DNA of 64,000 nt from Planctomycetota bacterium. Lineage in GTDB: Bacteria; Planctomycetota; PLA2; JAEUHO01. Location of the stretch: assembly GCA_965223505.1 (NCBI GenBank), contig CBDCWP010000002.1, positions 1-64,000 of the forward strand. The letters are read 5' to 3'. The translations under genes were made by a program, and so were the position numbers. The notes under the pieces were generated by a model. That model did not search any database. It worked only from the letters and a program-made list of their open reading frames with translations, and was not told the origin of the DNA. Below are positions 9,550 to 23,785 of the stretch, in pieces (positions within the stretch are counted from its first letter, which is position 1; each line of letters opens with the position of its first letter).

Positions 9550-12500
9550 ATGCCGCTACAGGGAAGTCTCGGAAATCTCGGCCTCGCCGATCTGCTCCAA
9601 ACAGGGCTCTCGGGCCGCTCCGGCGGCTGTCTGACCCTGCGCAACGCGGCGGATCAGGCGATCCTCTACGTCGCCGACGAAGGCCTCTATCTCATCGAAC
9701 CCGATGTCCTGGGAGCCCGAAGACGTTCTGCTCACGTTCGTTCGCCGCGGGGTGATCTCCGAAGAGAGCGTTCGCGAGGCGCGCAAGAAGACGGGTTTGC
9801 GGGGGGTGGCGCTGATCGACCACCTCGTCGCCGAGGGCATCATCCGCGAAGACGTCCTGCACGAGGTCCTCGCCGGTGTCGCCGAAGACACGATCCTAGA
9901 CCTGCTGACCTGGGACCGCGGCACCTTCCGGTTCGACGAACGGCCGTTCGACGGTCGCTCGGTCGGCCTCGTCGGCCGCATCGCCGTCGATCCCGGCGGC
10001 GTCCTGCTTCGCGCCGCGCAGCGCATGGACGAACGGCGCGAGATCGCCGAGGGGCTGGGACTGCACGCCTGCCTGTTCGCGCCCCTCGCGGCCGAACCGC
10101 CGGCGCCGGAGCACGACGAAGACCCGATGCCCCAGGTATACGTCTCGCTCGACGGCACGCGCACGATCGACGAGATCGCGCTCGATCTCACCGTCGGCCG
10201 CTTCGCCGTGCTGAAGGCCGTGCACGCGCTGGTGCAGGCGGGCGCCGCGCGCCCGGCAAGCGTCGATGAGATCTGCACCCAGGCCGAGATTCGCATCCAG
10301 GCAGACCAGCTCCGTGCCGCGCGCCTGCTCCTGCTCCACTGGATGGAGTGCGAGCCGCTCGAGACGGAAGCGCTGCGCGCCCTGGCCGAGATCGCGGTCA
10401 AGCGCAACAACCTCCAGGAAGAGCTCGCGGCCCGCTGCTCGCTCGGCAACCGTCTCCTGCAGCGCGGCGAGGCCAGCGAGGCCGTTCGCGTGTTTCGCGC
10501 GGCGCTCGAGAAGGATCCCGAGCACCACGATCTGTTGACCGGGCTGCGGCTCGCCGCCGAGGCGTGCGGGGACGGCCCGGAGTACATGGCCGCGACGACG
10601 CGCATCGCCGAGCTGGCGATGAACGAAGACGATCACGAACGCGCGGCGCGACTCACGCTGGAGCTGTGCGCGAACAACCCGGAGAGCCTCGAGGCGCACG
10701 TGCTTCGCGCGCGCGCACTCGTGCAGCTCAACGACCGCGAGAATCTCGTCCAGGTCGCGCAGGCCGTCATCCCGTTGCTCGGCCCGACGTGCCGGCGCAA
10801 GCAGGACCGTGACGCGGCCTCGTTCTTCCGCGGCGCGATCGCGCACATGGCTCCCGAGCGAGGCGACCTGCTACGCAGATTTCGTACGCTCAGCGAGGGC
10901 AACAGCATTCGCAACAAGCGTGTTGCGCTCGTGCTCGCGCTCGTCGGTGTCCTGGCGGGCGCCGGCGTCGTGCTGTGGCCGGCCTCCGCGTCCTCGATCC
11001 TCGCGGAAGCGCAAGAAGCGTTGGGCAACGGCGACCGCGCGAAGGCGCAGCTGCTGATCTCCCGACTGATCGAGGAGTACCCGGATTCGCCCGAGGCGGA
11101 AACGGCGTTCCAGATCCAGACCCAGCAGCTGGCGCCGAAGACCCAGCAGCAGGTCGACGTCGTCTCGAAGGTGCGCGCCGAGCTGAAGGCGGAGCTGGAG
11201 AAGCGGATCCCCGCGTTCGCGCGGGCGCTCGACGACCTGCCGGCCGAGGCCGCCTCCCGGGAACTGGACGATCTGTGCGCATTCCTCGAGCAGCCGGGCG
11301 CCGTGACCCTGCGCGCCCGCATCGTCCGCGAACATGCCTCGAGCCTTCCGCGCACGACGCGGCAACTCGAGCGCGACACGCGCGAGCGGCTCGACACGCT
11401 CGCGAGGAGCCGCACGGCATTCGAGAAGCTGCGCAGCGACTCCGACGCGTTGCGCGAGTACTTGGCCGAAGTCGAGAAAGTCCGGGACATCTCACACGTC
11501 GACCGTCTCGAGAAGGCGCTCGACGCGCTGAAGCGCGTATCGCGCCTGCACGAGTACGACCTTTTCATCGCCGCCCTGCGCAACCTCGACAACGCGATCA
11601 AGGGACTGCGTGCCGGCATCACCGCGTACAGCGACTACATCGTCGAGTGCGAGCGCACGCTCGCGACGCTGGAGCTCGAAGAGGCCTACCACCTCTGCAA
11701 GACCGAAGCGCCGCGCCTCTACGTCAGCGGCCGTCTGGACGAGGCCGATCAGATCTATGCGAGCCTGCAGACGATCATCGAACGGATCGAAGGGAAGGAC
11801 AAACACGAGCGGCTCTGGCGCAGCGTCGAACGCCGGCGCCTGCCCGAGTTCCTCCACGACCGTCGATCGCAGATCGCGAAGATCAAGAACGACCTCGCGG
11901 GAGCGAAGGCCGCTGAAGATGCCGGGGACCTCGAGTCGGCCGTACGCGCGTACGCCGGGTTGATCAAGCAGTACGGCGTGGTGCGCTTCGAAAACGTGTT
12001 CACGATGCCGTTGAGGGTCAGCAGTGTCCCCGCGGGCGCCAAGGTGAGCATCAACGGCAAGGAGAGCGGCGTCACGCCGATGATCGTCCGCTACGTCTGG
12101 GGCAGTCAGACGACCTTGACCCTCGATGCCCCGGGCTATCAGACGACCACCGAGCTGTTGCGCACCGCGGAGTCGCGCCCGCCGACCGAGCTCATGCTGC
12201 GCATGCCGCCGCGCCCCGAATGGACCGTCCCGGTCGATCACGCGCAAGAGAGCGCGCCGGTCGACGTCGAAGGCAACGTGCTCACGGTCGATCGGTCGGG
12301 CCGCATCACCATGTTGAGCAAGGCCAACGGCACCGTCCTCTGGGCGCGCCACTACAAAAGCCTCGAGGGCGTTCGCTCGCGCCCGGTCGTGAGCGGAGGG
12401 TTCGTGCAGATCGCGTACGTCGACGGCCGCGTCCTGTTCCTCGACCTCGACGACGGCGCGCGTCGGGGCGACCTCAGGATCGACCGTCCGGGCGGCGACC

Positions 12501-13174
12501 TCGCCGCGGCGGACGACGTCTCCGCCATCGTGACCGGCAAGGGCCAGCTGGTCCTGTTGCGCAGTCGCGAGGTCGACAAGAGCATCGACCTCGAACTCTC
12601 GCCGACGGCGGGCGTCGAGCACGCCCACGACGCGTTCTGGGTCGGCGGTGCGACTGGCGTGGTCGCACGCGTCGACGTCGCCACCGGCAGTCTTCGCCGC
12701 ATCACCTTGCCCGGCGCCCGCGCCCAGGTGATGGGCCTCACCATGGCCGAGGACTGCGTCGTGGTCACGTCCGGTAGCGGTTCGCTGTACGTGCTCGAAC
12801 CGACGGGCGTCGTGCGTTGGCACAAAGAGGGCCTCGGCGACCTCGTCGGCGCGGGCGCGAAGTGCGGCGACGTCGTCGCGACGACCGATCGCCGCGGCCG
12901 GGTCCTGTTCTTCGACGCGACGACGAGCGAGCCGCGTGGCGCGCGCGAGCTCGGTTCGGAGCCGCGCGGCGGCTTGGTCGCCATCGACGACGTGATCGCG
13001 ACGACGCTGCGCGACGGCCGACTCTGGGTCTACGAGCCTGCGTCCAACTCGATTCGCATCGACGTCAACCTCCAAGGCACCGCTCGATTCGCGGTCTCGC
13101 CGCTGGGTGGCAGGCGTGTTGCGGTGACCTCCTCCGGCTGCTGCATGTCGATTCTCGAGCTGCCCTCGAAGTAG
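9550..13174 (+). CDS. Large membrane-anchored protein: DUF4388-like N-terminus, TPR, TM helix, PEGA domain, PQQ-like beta-propeller (one apparent frameshift near 9705-9715)
   Basis: LQGSLGNLGLADLLQ and LLTWDRGTFRF (DUF4388-like), TM segment VALVLALVGVLAGAGVVLW, PEGA motif VSSVPAGAKVSING..GVTP, and propeller repeats (GTVLW, GVVRW). Confidence 0.75.
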
Positions 13175-13183
13175 GCCCGCGCG

Positions 13184-14989
13184 CTAGCGACGCGCACGCA
13201 CCGAGCCGAGGACCAGCGCGACCTCGTCGCCCTGCGCGATCGCGCCGAGCACGTACTCCGTGCCGTCGGCGGCGCCGACGTCGACCTCCGCGACGAAGCG
13301 CGCCCGGCCGCCGCCCAGGATCGGCAGCTTGGCTCGCCGCCGGCGATCCGGCTCGTCGAGGAAGCGGTCTCGCGAGAACTGCATGCTCACGGGCGGACGG
13401 AAGACCAGCTCCAGCTCGCCGGCGGTCGAGCTGGCCCACGCGTAGCTGCCGTCCAGCTCGAGCGCGTACCCCGTATCGGTGGCGTCGACGCGCACGTCGC
13501 CCAGAATGCCTGCGAACGCGGCGGCCGTGATCGGGTCGAGGCCCGCGGCTTGCTGTGCGACCTCGACGTCCGAGTCGACGAAGCCGGGAACCGACGCCCC
13601 CACCCGGAAGCCGGCTTCGACGCCGACGAGCACGGGCATGTGCATGCTCGCTGTCTGCGCCGCGCCGGCGGCGGTGAGCGCGTCGAGCGTCGTGTCGGCA
13701 ACCGGGTCGAACAAGCGCAGCGTTCCGTCGCGCAGCGCGCGCCGATACGTCGCCTCGGGCACCGAGAGCACGCGTACGCCGACGTCGGTGGCCCGCAGCT
13801 CCTTCTCCCGCGCGACGATGTCGTCACGCACGCTCTGAACGGCGCGCGCGCCGGTCCCCCAGCCGGAGAGAAACGCGCTCGAGATCTCGGAGACGACGGA
13901 GATGGCGTAGGTGTCCTCGTCGAAGCCGCTGTGGAACAGGCGGCTCATCGTCATCTCCATCCAGCGCTCCGGCATCGTGTGGCGCGAGCCGAAATCCAAG
14001 GTGTCGACGATGGCGCCGATGCGCAGCATGCCCAGGGTCTTGTTCTCCTTCGGACTTGCGATCGTGGTCGCGCCCTTCGGGGCGTCGAAGTCCAGTGTGA
14101 GCGTCGACGACTTGCCGCCTTGCGAGATCCGCAGGGTGTGCTGCACGCGGCCGTTGGGCACGAGCAACGCGGTGCGCGCGCGCTGAACGTTCGAACGGGG
14201 CAGGGCGACGGGACCGGGCGCGTTGCCCTCGGGCACGTTTCGTATGACGCTCAGATCGAGCGCGACGACGTCCGTGTGTTCTACGCTGCCGGACCACAGC
14301 TCGACGAGGGAGACCGACTCGCCCGGGTGGTAGCGCATGTAGAGTTCCTGGCCCTGCGGCAGCTCCATGGAGATCGGATTCATCGCGGTCGACTCCTGCG
14401 CGATCTCGATCTCGTAGTCGATGACGAACGGGACCAGGTCACGCTGGAAGATGACGCGCGTCCAGCGCCCCGGTCGAAGGACCGCCGCGCCGGTCGCGCG
14501 CACCGCCTCTTCGGGCTGCGTGGTCGCAAGCGTCGCACGAACGCGTACGCTGGGGGCCGCGCCTTTCGACGCCCACGCCACGGCCTTGCGCAGCGCGTCG
14601 ACCTCCGACTTCGCCACCTGGGCGTACAGCATGCGCTCGCCGGGCGCGGCCATGATCTCCCGGCCGTCCTCCTCCCAGATCGCCGGACTCCACTGCCCAA
14701 CAATCTCGACGAACGCGTCCATCGATAGTCCGAACTCGTCGCTGAGCGGCTCGTCGAACTTGTACCTGTCGCTCGACCAGAGGTCGACCATGAGGCAGCG
14801 CGTCGAGTGCTCCCCTTCGCGCGGGAAGTCCGTCGGCACGACGATTTGCGCGCGGTCCGTCACGAGCGTCTCGGGCGGGCGCGGGATCGGTATCCGCAGC
14901 TGAACGATGCGATCGTCATCCTCGTCCGCACCGAGCGGTGTCCAGCACATCACGAGGCAGGCAAACAGGGCAAACAGAGTGCGCAACAT
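13184..14989 (-). CDS. Exported protein with a duplicated secretin-like motif
   Basis: Signal-peptide-like N-terminus (MLRTLFALFACLVMCWTPLGA) and an internal repeat DYEIEIAQESTAMNPI / DSDVEVAQQAAGLDPI. Confidence 0.6.
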   Translation of the reverse strand: MLRTLFALFACLVMCWTPLGADEDDDRIVQLRIPIPRPPETLVTDRAQIVVPTDFPREGEHSTRCLMVDLWSSDRYKFDEPLSDEFGLSMDAFVEIVGQWSPAIWEEDGREIMAAPGERMLYAQVAKSEVDALRKAVAWASKGAAPSVRVRATLATTQPEEAVRATGAAVLRPGRWTRVIFQRDLVPFVIDYEIEIAQESTAMNPISMELPQGQELYMRYHPGESVSLVELWSGSVEHTDVVALDLSVIRNVPEGNAPGPVALPRSNVQRARTALLVPNGRVQHTLRISQGGKSSTLTLDFDAPKGATTIASPKENKTLGMLRIGAIVDTLDFGSRHTMPERWMEMTMSRLFHSGFDEDTYAISVVSEISSAFLSGWGTGARAVQSVRDDIVAREKELRATDVGVRVLSVPEATYRRALRDGTLRLFDPVADTTLDALTAAGAAQTASMHMPVLVGVEAGFRVGASVPGFVDSDVEVAQQAAGLDPITAAAFAGILGDVRVDATDTGYALELDGSYAWASSTAGELELVFRPPVSMQFSRDRFLDEPDRRRRAKLPILGGGRARFVAEVDVGAADGTEYVLGAIAQGDEVALVLGSVRARR

Positions 14990-15039
14990 GACTCTCCCTT
15001 TCGATGGGTCGTCGTTGAAACGGTGATGAAGACGTGGAG

Positions 15040-16632
15040 CTACAGCGCTCCGTGGCGCTTGCGCGCCGCGCGAACCTGCATGCGTGGACCCTCGCCGCCG
15101 CGAGGCATGTCGACGCGCAGTCGCACGAGAACTTGTCGTGCCTGACGCTGGAGTTTCGGGTCGCCCAGGGCACGCTGCAACCACGCGACGCCGGTGTCGC
15201 CGCAGGTCGAGATCGTTCGAAACACCGCCCCCGCGTGGCGTCCGCGCGCCAGCGCCAACAACGCGGTGCCTGCCGTCTCGTCGCCACGCTGCAATCGCGT
15301 CCCCAGCGCCGCCACCGCGTCGTGCAACAGCGCGGGCCGGTGCGAGAGCACCGCGAGCATGCGCGACGCTTCGACGTCCGGGCTCATCCGCAGCGCCGCC
15401 AGCGCGGTCCGCGCGAGCGAAGGACGCACGGCGAGGTTGCGCACGCGATCGAGCCCCGGCCGTCCGGCGCAGGCCAGGCAGACCAACGCGGCACCGGCCT
15501 GCCGCGTCGACGAGCGCGCTCGCCGTTCGAGCGCGATGCACATCGTTTCCGAGAGCCCGCTCAACGACGCGCACGCGACCGAACCGGCCGGGCCTTCGAC
15601 CGCCCGACCGACGGCGATCCACGCGTCCGGCGTGTCGTACGCGGCCAGCAAGCGCACGGCTTCGGCCGCACCCGCGTCGTCGCCCTCCACCGCGCGGATG
15701 GCGAGCAACGGCACGAGCGCCGGGAGCCGCGCGCCCGCTCCGACGCGCACCGCGGTCGCATCGCCGCGTTCTGCCAGCCGGACCAGCCGCGCGCGCAGCG
15801 TCCTCGCGCCGCCCGCGACCTCCGAGAGCACCAGCGCGTTTCGCGAGAGCCCTTCCGGCATCGTCCCCAGCACGCGCTCGAGGCTGCGTGCACCCCCGAC
15901 GCGCACCGCCGCGGCCGCCGCCACGGCCCGACCGGCGCCGACGCCTTCGAGCAGCGCCAGCGTGGCGGCCTCCCGGCGTCCGCGCCGGGCCACGCCTTCG
16001 AGCGCCGCCACGACCTCGGACTCCACCGCCGGGAGCGTCACCAGGAGCTCCCCGAGCGCCCGCGCGCCGCCGGGTCCGAGATCGGTGCCGAGCCACTCGA
16101 TCGCCGTCTCCCCGACGACCGCGTCCGACGCCAGCGCCTTCGCACGGCCGACCTCGTCGGCGTTGCGGGGCGCGCCCCACGACGCCAGCAGCGCGAGCGC
16201 GTCGCGTCCCCGCCGGCCGCCGCGCTCGGCTTCGGTCAACAGCTCGTCTCGCCGGCCTGCGCCGCCGACCCGCGCCCGCGCGCGTGTCAGGGTGTCGCCG
16301 GCGAGCGCGGCGTCGATCCAGGCCTCACGCGTGCTCGCCACGACACCATCATCGTCCGGCGTCGTGCGCGCAGGATCGACGCTGCCGAACGGCAACGACA
16401 GGAAGCCCATCAGCAGGATCGCCGCTGCGACGGCGCGAACCGGGACACGCCGCGTCGTGCGCGCCGCCGGCACGGCATCCGCGGCGTGCCGTCCCGCCTC
16501 GAGAACGGCAAGACGCGCCAACACACGCACCGACGCGCGCTCCGCCTCCGCCGGCGACGGGTCGGCCGGACGCGCTTCGCGCAGCGCCGCCAGCACGCCC
16601 TCGTTGCGGTCGATGTCGTACGAGCCGCTCAC
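15040..16632 (-). CDS. Putative membrane-anchored anti-sigma factor with Ala/Leu-rich HEAT-like repeats
   Basis: GTG start overlaps the sigma stop (GTGA). Short N-terminus, one TM helix (AVAAAILLMGFLSLPF), then a long helical-repeat region. Confidence 0.55.
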   Translation of the reverse strand: MSGSYDIDRNEGVLAALREARPADPSPAEAERASVRVLARLAVLEAGRHAADAVPAARTTRRVPVRAVAAAILLMGFLSLPFGSVDPARTTPDDDGVVASTREAWIDAALAGDTLTRARARVGGAGRRDELLTEAERGGRRGRDALALLASWGAPRNADEVGRAKALASDAVVGETAIEWLGTDLGPGGARALGELLVTLPAVESEVVAALEGVARRGRREAATLALLEGVGAGRAVAAAAAVRVGGARSLERVLGTMPEGLSRNALVLSEVAGGARTLRARLVRLAERGDATAVRVGAGARLPALVPLLAIRAVEGDDAGAAEAVRLLAAYDTPDAWIAVGRAVEGPAGSVACASLSGLSETMCIALERRARSSTRQAGAALVCLACAGRPGLDRVRNLAVRPSLARTALAALRMSPDVEASRMLAVLSHRPALLHDAVAALGTRLQRGDETAGTALLALARGRHAGAVFRTISTCGDTGVAWLQRALGDPKLQRQARQVLVRLRVDMPRGGEGPRMQVRAARKRHGAL

Positions 16633-17222
16633 GACAGATCCTCCAACCGCTTGCGCAACGCCTTGCGCGCGTGGTGGAGATGTGACTTGGCCGTCGGGTA
16701 CTTGATGGAAAGCGCCGCGGCGATCTCGTCGAGCGTCAGGCCCTCCCATGCGAACAGCAAGAGCACTAGCTTCTGCATCGGCGGCAGTCGTTGGGCAACC
16801 ACCCGAAGCCGCTCGGTGGTCTCGCGGGCGGTGAGCTCGTCGAGGGGCTGTGTCGCCGCGGTCGGACCGGGCGGCGCCTTCGGTGACGACTCGAGCCGTT
16901 GGCGACGGTCGCGATCGCGCGCGCTCTCCCGGAATCGGTCCGCGACGACGCGACACAGGATGCGATGCAACCACGTCGAGAAGGCGGAGCGGCCCTCGAA
17001 ACGCGCCATGCTCTGGTAGGCGCGAAACAGCGCTTCGGAGACCGCCTCGTCGGCGGCGAGCGCCCCGCTCAAGAAGCGCCGCGCCGTCCCCAGCAGCTGC
17101 GGCATCGCGCGAATCGCAAGGTGCTCGAAGGCGTCACGATCCCCGGCCCTGGCGCGTTCGAGCAGCTCGGCCTCGGCCGGCGCCGGGCGGCTGACGGGAA
17201 CGCCTTGAGCACGTGAGGACAT
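16629..17222 (-). CDS. ECF RNA polymerase sigma-70 factor
   Basis: ARAGDRDAFEHL, region 2 FEGRSAFSTWLHRI, region 4 EGLTLDEIAAAL...TAKSHLHHARKALR. Confidence 0.92.
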   Translation of the reverse strand: MSSRAQGVPVSRPAPAEAELLERARAGDRDAFEHLAIRAMPQLLGTARRFLSGALAADEAVSEALFRAYQSMARFEGRSAFSTWLHRILCRVVADRFRESARDRDRRQRLESSPKAPPGPTAATQPLDELTARETTERLRVVAQRLPPMQKLVLLLFAWEGLTLDEIAAALSIKYPTAKSHLHHARKALRKRLEDLS

Positions 17223-17464
17223 CCGATCTCCGGTGGAATTCTACGCAGGATCGCACGGACCGCCGTCGACCCGTCATTGCTTGGACGAGCGCCGCCCACC
17301 GAAGGTCCAAACGTCGATTTCGGCGAACCGGCACACCTTCGACCGGCGGGAGCCTGCTGGTGTTTCGCGCGGCCCGCGACGTCTCGCGCCCGGGGGTCCG
17401 GTTCACTTTGGCGGTCGCTGCCCGGCTTCGCCTTCCAAGCCGCCCCGGCTACCCTCACGGAGCC

Positions 17465-20628
<3,164 letters not shown>

Positions 20629-20633
20629 ACGAC

Positions 20634-20978
20634 GTGTCCGCGACCGCGACGGCCGTGCGGCTCGACGTCGCGTCGAACCGCCTCCACATCACGTGGGACG
20701 ACGGCCACGAGAGCGCCTACGACGGCGGGTACATCCGCTTCATCTGCCCGTGCGCGGGCTGCCGCGGACACGGTCCGGGCCAGGTGCCTGAGCCGCTCTG
20801 GGAGAACTGCAAGGACGTGCGCATCCAGCACGTGGACGGCGTCGGTGCGTACGCGCTCAACTTCAAGCTGAGCGACGGCCACAACACCGGCATCTATACC
20901 TACGAGCTCCTGCGGGAGCGCTGCCCCAGCAACGTTGCCGGCGCCGACGAGTTCGGCCGCCCGATCGCGAGAGGCTAG
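20634..20978 (+). CDS. DUF971 / GBBH N-terminal-like small metal-binding protein
   Basis: LHITWDDGHESAY, CPCAGC and SDGHNTGIY motifs. GTG start 5 nt after the boxB stop. Confidence 0.85.
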   Translation: MSATATAVRLDVASNRLHITWDDGHESAYDGGYIRFICPCAGCRGHGPGQVPEPLWENCKDVRIQHVDGVGAYALNFKLSDGHNTGIYTYELLRERCPSNVAGADEFGRPIARG

Positions 20979-21367
20979 CTACGCGGCTCTCCGCTTTCGG
21001 GACGGAGCCGTAACGGACGTTCGTTCTCGGTCGTGGAAGTCGAACTCGCGTCGACGCGCTCGAGCTCGACGGTGAGCCGCACGAGGTCCTCGGACCGGGC
21101 GTCGCCGCGCTCGAGCGCTCCGCAGAGTCGGTGCAGCGTCGAGGCGCCGATGTTCGCGCTGCTGCCCCGCAGCCGGTGCGCGAGCGCCGCGACGGACTCG
21201 TGATCTTCGGTTCGCGCGGCGTCGAGGAGGTCGCTGACGTCCTTGGCGGCGGTCTCGAGGAAGATGACGGCGACGTCGCCGGGTAGATCCGGCATGTCGT
21301 GACCGGCGAGGTCCCGGAGCGCGCGGATGCGCGCCGGGTCGAGCGGCTGGAGAGGGGGCGTAGCCAT
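20975..21367 (-). CDS. Stand-alone Hpt (histidine phosphotransfer) protein
   Basis: LAHRLRGSSANIGA Hpt signature in a 130-aa ORF. Confidence 0.85.
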   Translation of the reverse strand: MATPPLQPLDPARIRALRDLAGHDMPDLPGDVAVIFLETAAKDVSDLLDAARTEDHESVAALAHRLRGSSANIGASTLHRLCGALERGDARSEDLVRLTVELERVDASSTSTTENERPLRLRPESGEPRS

Positions 21368-21537
21368 GAGATCCCCCCCATCGGCCGGATCGCGGCGAGC
21401 GGCGCACGCGTTCGGACGATCCCAACCACTCGCTCACACCCGGTCACGTCGAACCTAACGAGACGAGGACACGGGACCGCGCCCGAACGCGGGCGATTGC
21501 CGTCAGCGAAGGTCGCCTGTACGAATGGGGCGCCTGC

Positions 21538-23349
21538 ATGCAGACGACCGCCACCTCCATCGCCGTGCTCCCGTTCGAGAGCCTCTCCCCCGATGCCGAC
21601 ACCGCGTACTTCGCGCGCGGGTTCGCCGAGGATCTCATCACGAACCTCTCCCGATTCACGACACTGCGCGTGGTCGCCAGCCAGACCTCGTTTGCGATGG
21701 GCGGTGCCGACGGCGCGACGGGAAACAGGGCACGCGAGTTCGGCGTCCAATACCTGTTGACGGGCAGCGTGCGCGTACGCGGGGACTTGCTGCGCGCCTC
21801 GGCGCGACTCCTGCGCGTCGACGGTGAGGAGACGGTCTGGGCCGACCGGTTCGACGCGCCGCTCGACGACGTGTTCGTCGTCCAGGACGAGATCACGGCC
21901 ACCGTCGCGGGCCGGCTTGCGGCCCGGATCCAGGATCAGCATCTGGCGCGGGCGCGGCGGCTCTCGTCGTCGGAGCTGGCGGCCTACGACCTCTGGCTGC
22001 GGGGCATGGACTGCCTTCAGCGCGCCACGCTCGAAGGGGACGAGGAGGCGCGGGCCTCGTTCCGGAAGGCGCTCGACATCGATCCGGACTTCGCGCGGGC
22101 GCACGCCGGGATGTCGGTCTCGCACTTCAACGAGTGGAGCTGCCAGGCGTGGCATTTGTGGGACGAGAGCTCCGACAGCGCGTTCGATCACGCTCTTCGG
22201 GCAGCCACGATCGATGACGCCGACGCCGTGGTGCAGGCCGTGCTCGCCCGCGTGTACCGCTACCGGCGCGAGCACGTGCAGGCCGACGCGCACGCGGAGC
22301 GTGCGCTGGATCTGAATCCCAACGACGCATACGTGCAGATCCAGATCGCGCTCGCGACGCTCTTCCGGGGCGAGCCCGACCGGGCACGTGAGCTCGCCGA
22401 GCGGGCGATGCAGTGCAATCCGCTGCACCCTCCCTGGTACGAGGGCACGGTCGGTTGGTGCCACTTCATCGCCGGCCGCCCGGAGGAAGCGCTGCCGTTG
22501 CTCGTGCTCGGCGGCGATACGATCGTCAACTTCGGCGCGTATCGCGCAGCGTGTCACGCGCTCGCAGGAAGGCTCGAGGAGGCGCGTCGCGAGCTGGCGC
22601 ACTTCGAACGCGAGTACCGGGAGAAGATCGCATTCGGGCGATCGCCGCTCCGGAACGAGGCGTTGCGCTGGGCGGTGCAGGTCGAGCCGTTCCAACGGAT
22701 CGAGGACAGCCGTCGCATGCCGGACGCGCTGCGTGACGCCGGACTCGCGGATCTCGACGTCGGAGACGCCCTGCGCTCACGGCCCTCGAAGATGGTGCGA
22801 CCTGCGGACATCGAGCGGCCCCGCGGCAACACGTTTCGGGGCGCAGACGGCGTCTGGACGTTCGACTACGAAGGGGCGGGAGCGCGGTTGGTCGAGCTGA
22901 AGGGCTTCCACGACATCGCGCGCCTGCTCGCCGCACCGGACGCGCCCATCCACTGTCTGGAGCTGGTAGGCGCACCGCGGGAAACCCGCACGCGTCAGGA
23001 CGTGCTCGACGAAGACGCCCGGCGTTCGTACCGGCGGCGCATCGAAGAGCTGCAGCAGGATCTGGACCGCGCCGAGGGCGATCACGATCCCGCCCGCGCA
23101 GAGCCGCTGCGCAAGGAACTGGACGCGTTGGTCGACGAGCTGGTTCGCGCGTCAGGACTCGGAGGCCGTGTGCGCGTCCTGGGCAGTACCGCCGAGCGTG
23201 CGCGCTCGACCGTCACGTGGCGCATTCGCAGCGCCATCAAGAAGATCCGCGCAGCCCACCCGCGGCTCGGCCAGCACCTGGCCAACTCCGTCCGAACGGG
23301 GACGTTCTGCATCTACGCGCCCGAAGCGCCTACAAACTGGGCGCTCTAG
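21538..23349 (+). CDS. TolB-like N-terminal + TPR sensor protein with a C-terminal putative regulatory output domain
   Basis: SIAVLPFESL..YFARGFAEDLIT, WADRFD..DDVFVVQDEI, TPR repeats, and C-terminal ERARSTVTWRIRSAI..LGQHLANSVRTGTFCIY. Confidence 0.8.
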   Translation: MQTTATSIAVLPFESLSPDADTAYFARGFAEDLITNLSRFTTLRVVASQTSFAMGGADGATGNRAREFGVQYLLTGSVRVRGDLLRASARLLRVDGEETVWADRFDAPLDDVFVVQDEITATVAGRLAARIQDQHLARARRLSSSELAAYDLWLRGMDCLQRATLEGDEEARASFRKALDIDPDFARAHAGMSVSHFNEWSCQAWHLWDESSDSAFDHALRAATIDDADAVVQAVLARVYRYRREHVQADAHAERALDLNPNDAYVQIQIALATLFRGEPDRARELAERAMQCNPLHPPWYEGTVGWCHFIAGRPEEALPLLVLGGDTIVNFGAYRAACHALAGRLEEARRELAHFEREYREKIAFGRSPLRNEALRWAVQVEPFQRIEDSRRMPDALRDAGLADLDVGDALRSRPSKMVRPADIERPRGNTFRGADGVWTFDYEGAGARLVELKGFHDIARLLAAPDAPIHCLELVGAPRETRTRQDVLDEDARRSYRRRIEELQQDLDRAEGDHDPARAEPLRKELDALVDELVRASGLGGRVRVLGSTAERARSTVTWRIRSAIKKIRAAHPRLGQHLANSVRTGTFCIYAPEAPTNWAL

Positions 23350-23477
23350 GGAATCGGCGCCCGCCTCACATCGTGAGGCCGGCCCTCACGCCTTGTGGGT
23401 GAACGCCGCGCTCGGGACGGCCGCTCACGTCGAGCGGCGGCCGGCACGGCCGAACGAACCCATGAGGAGAACAAGAG

Positions 23478-23696
23478 ATGCCGTTCGCAAGTGTCAAGGT
23501 CATCGAGGGCGTGTTCAGTGACGCTGAGAAGCAGCGACTGATCGAGAACGTCAGCGAGGCCATCATCGAGGTCGAAGGCGAAGGCCTGCGCGAGAAGACC
23601 GTCGTCGTGGTCGAAGAGACCCGCAGCGGCGACTGGGGTGTCGGCGGTTCCGCGCTGACCACCCAGGCCGTGCGCAGCCTGCGCGATCTCGCGTGA
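23478..23696 (+). CDS. 4-oxalocrotonate tautomerase family protein
   Basis: 72 aa, Pro immediately after Met (catalytic Pro1), EKQRLI and WGVGG motifs. RBS GAGGAG upstream. Confidence 0.9.
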   Translation: MPFASVKVIEGVFSDAEKQRLIENVSEAIIEVEGEGLREKTVVVVEETRSGDWGVGGSALTTQAVRSLRDLA

Positions 23697-23785
23697 TGCC
23701 TGCCGTCGGCATGCGCGGTCCCCGACACCCGGGGGCCGCGCATGACCGGCACCGCGGCTCTGCGTCTCCCGAAAGGAATCCCGAC

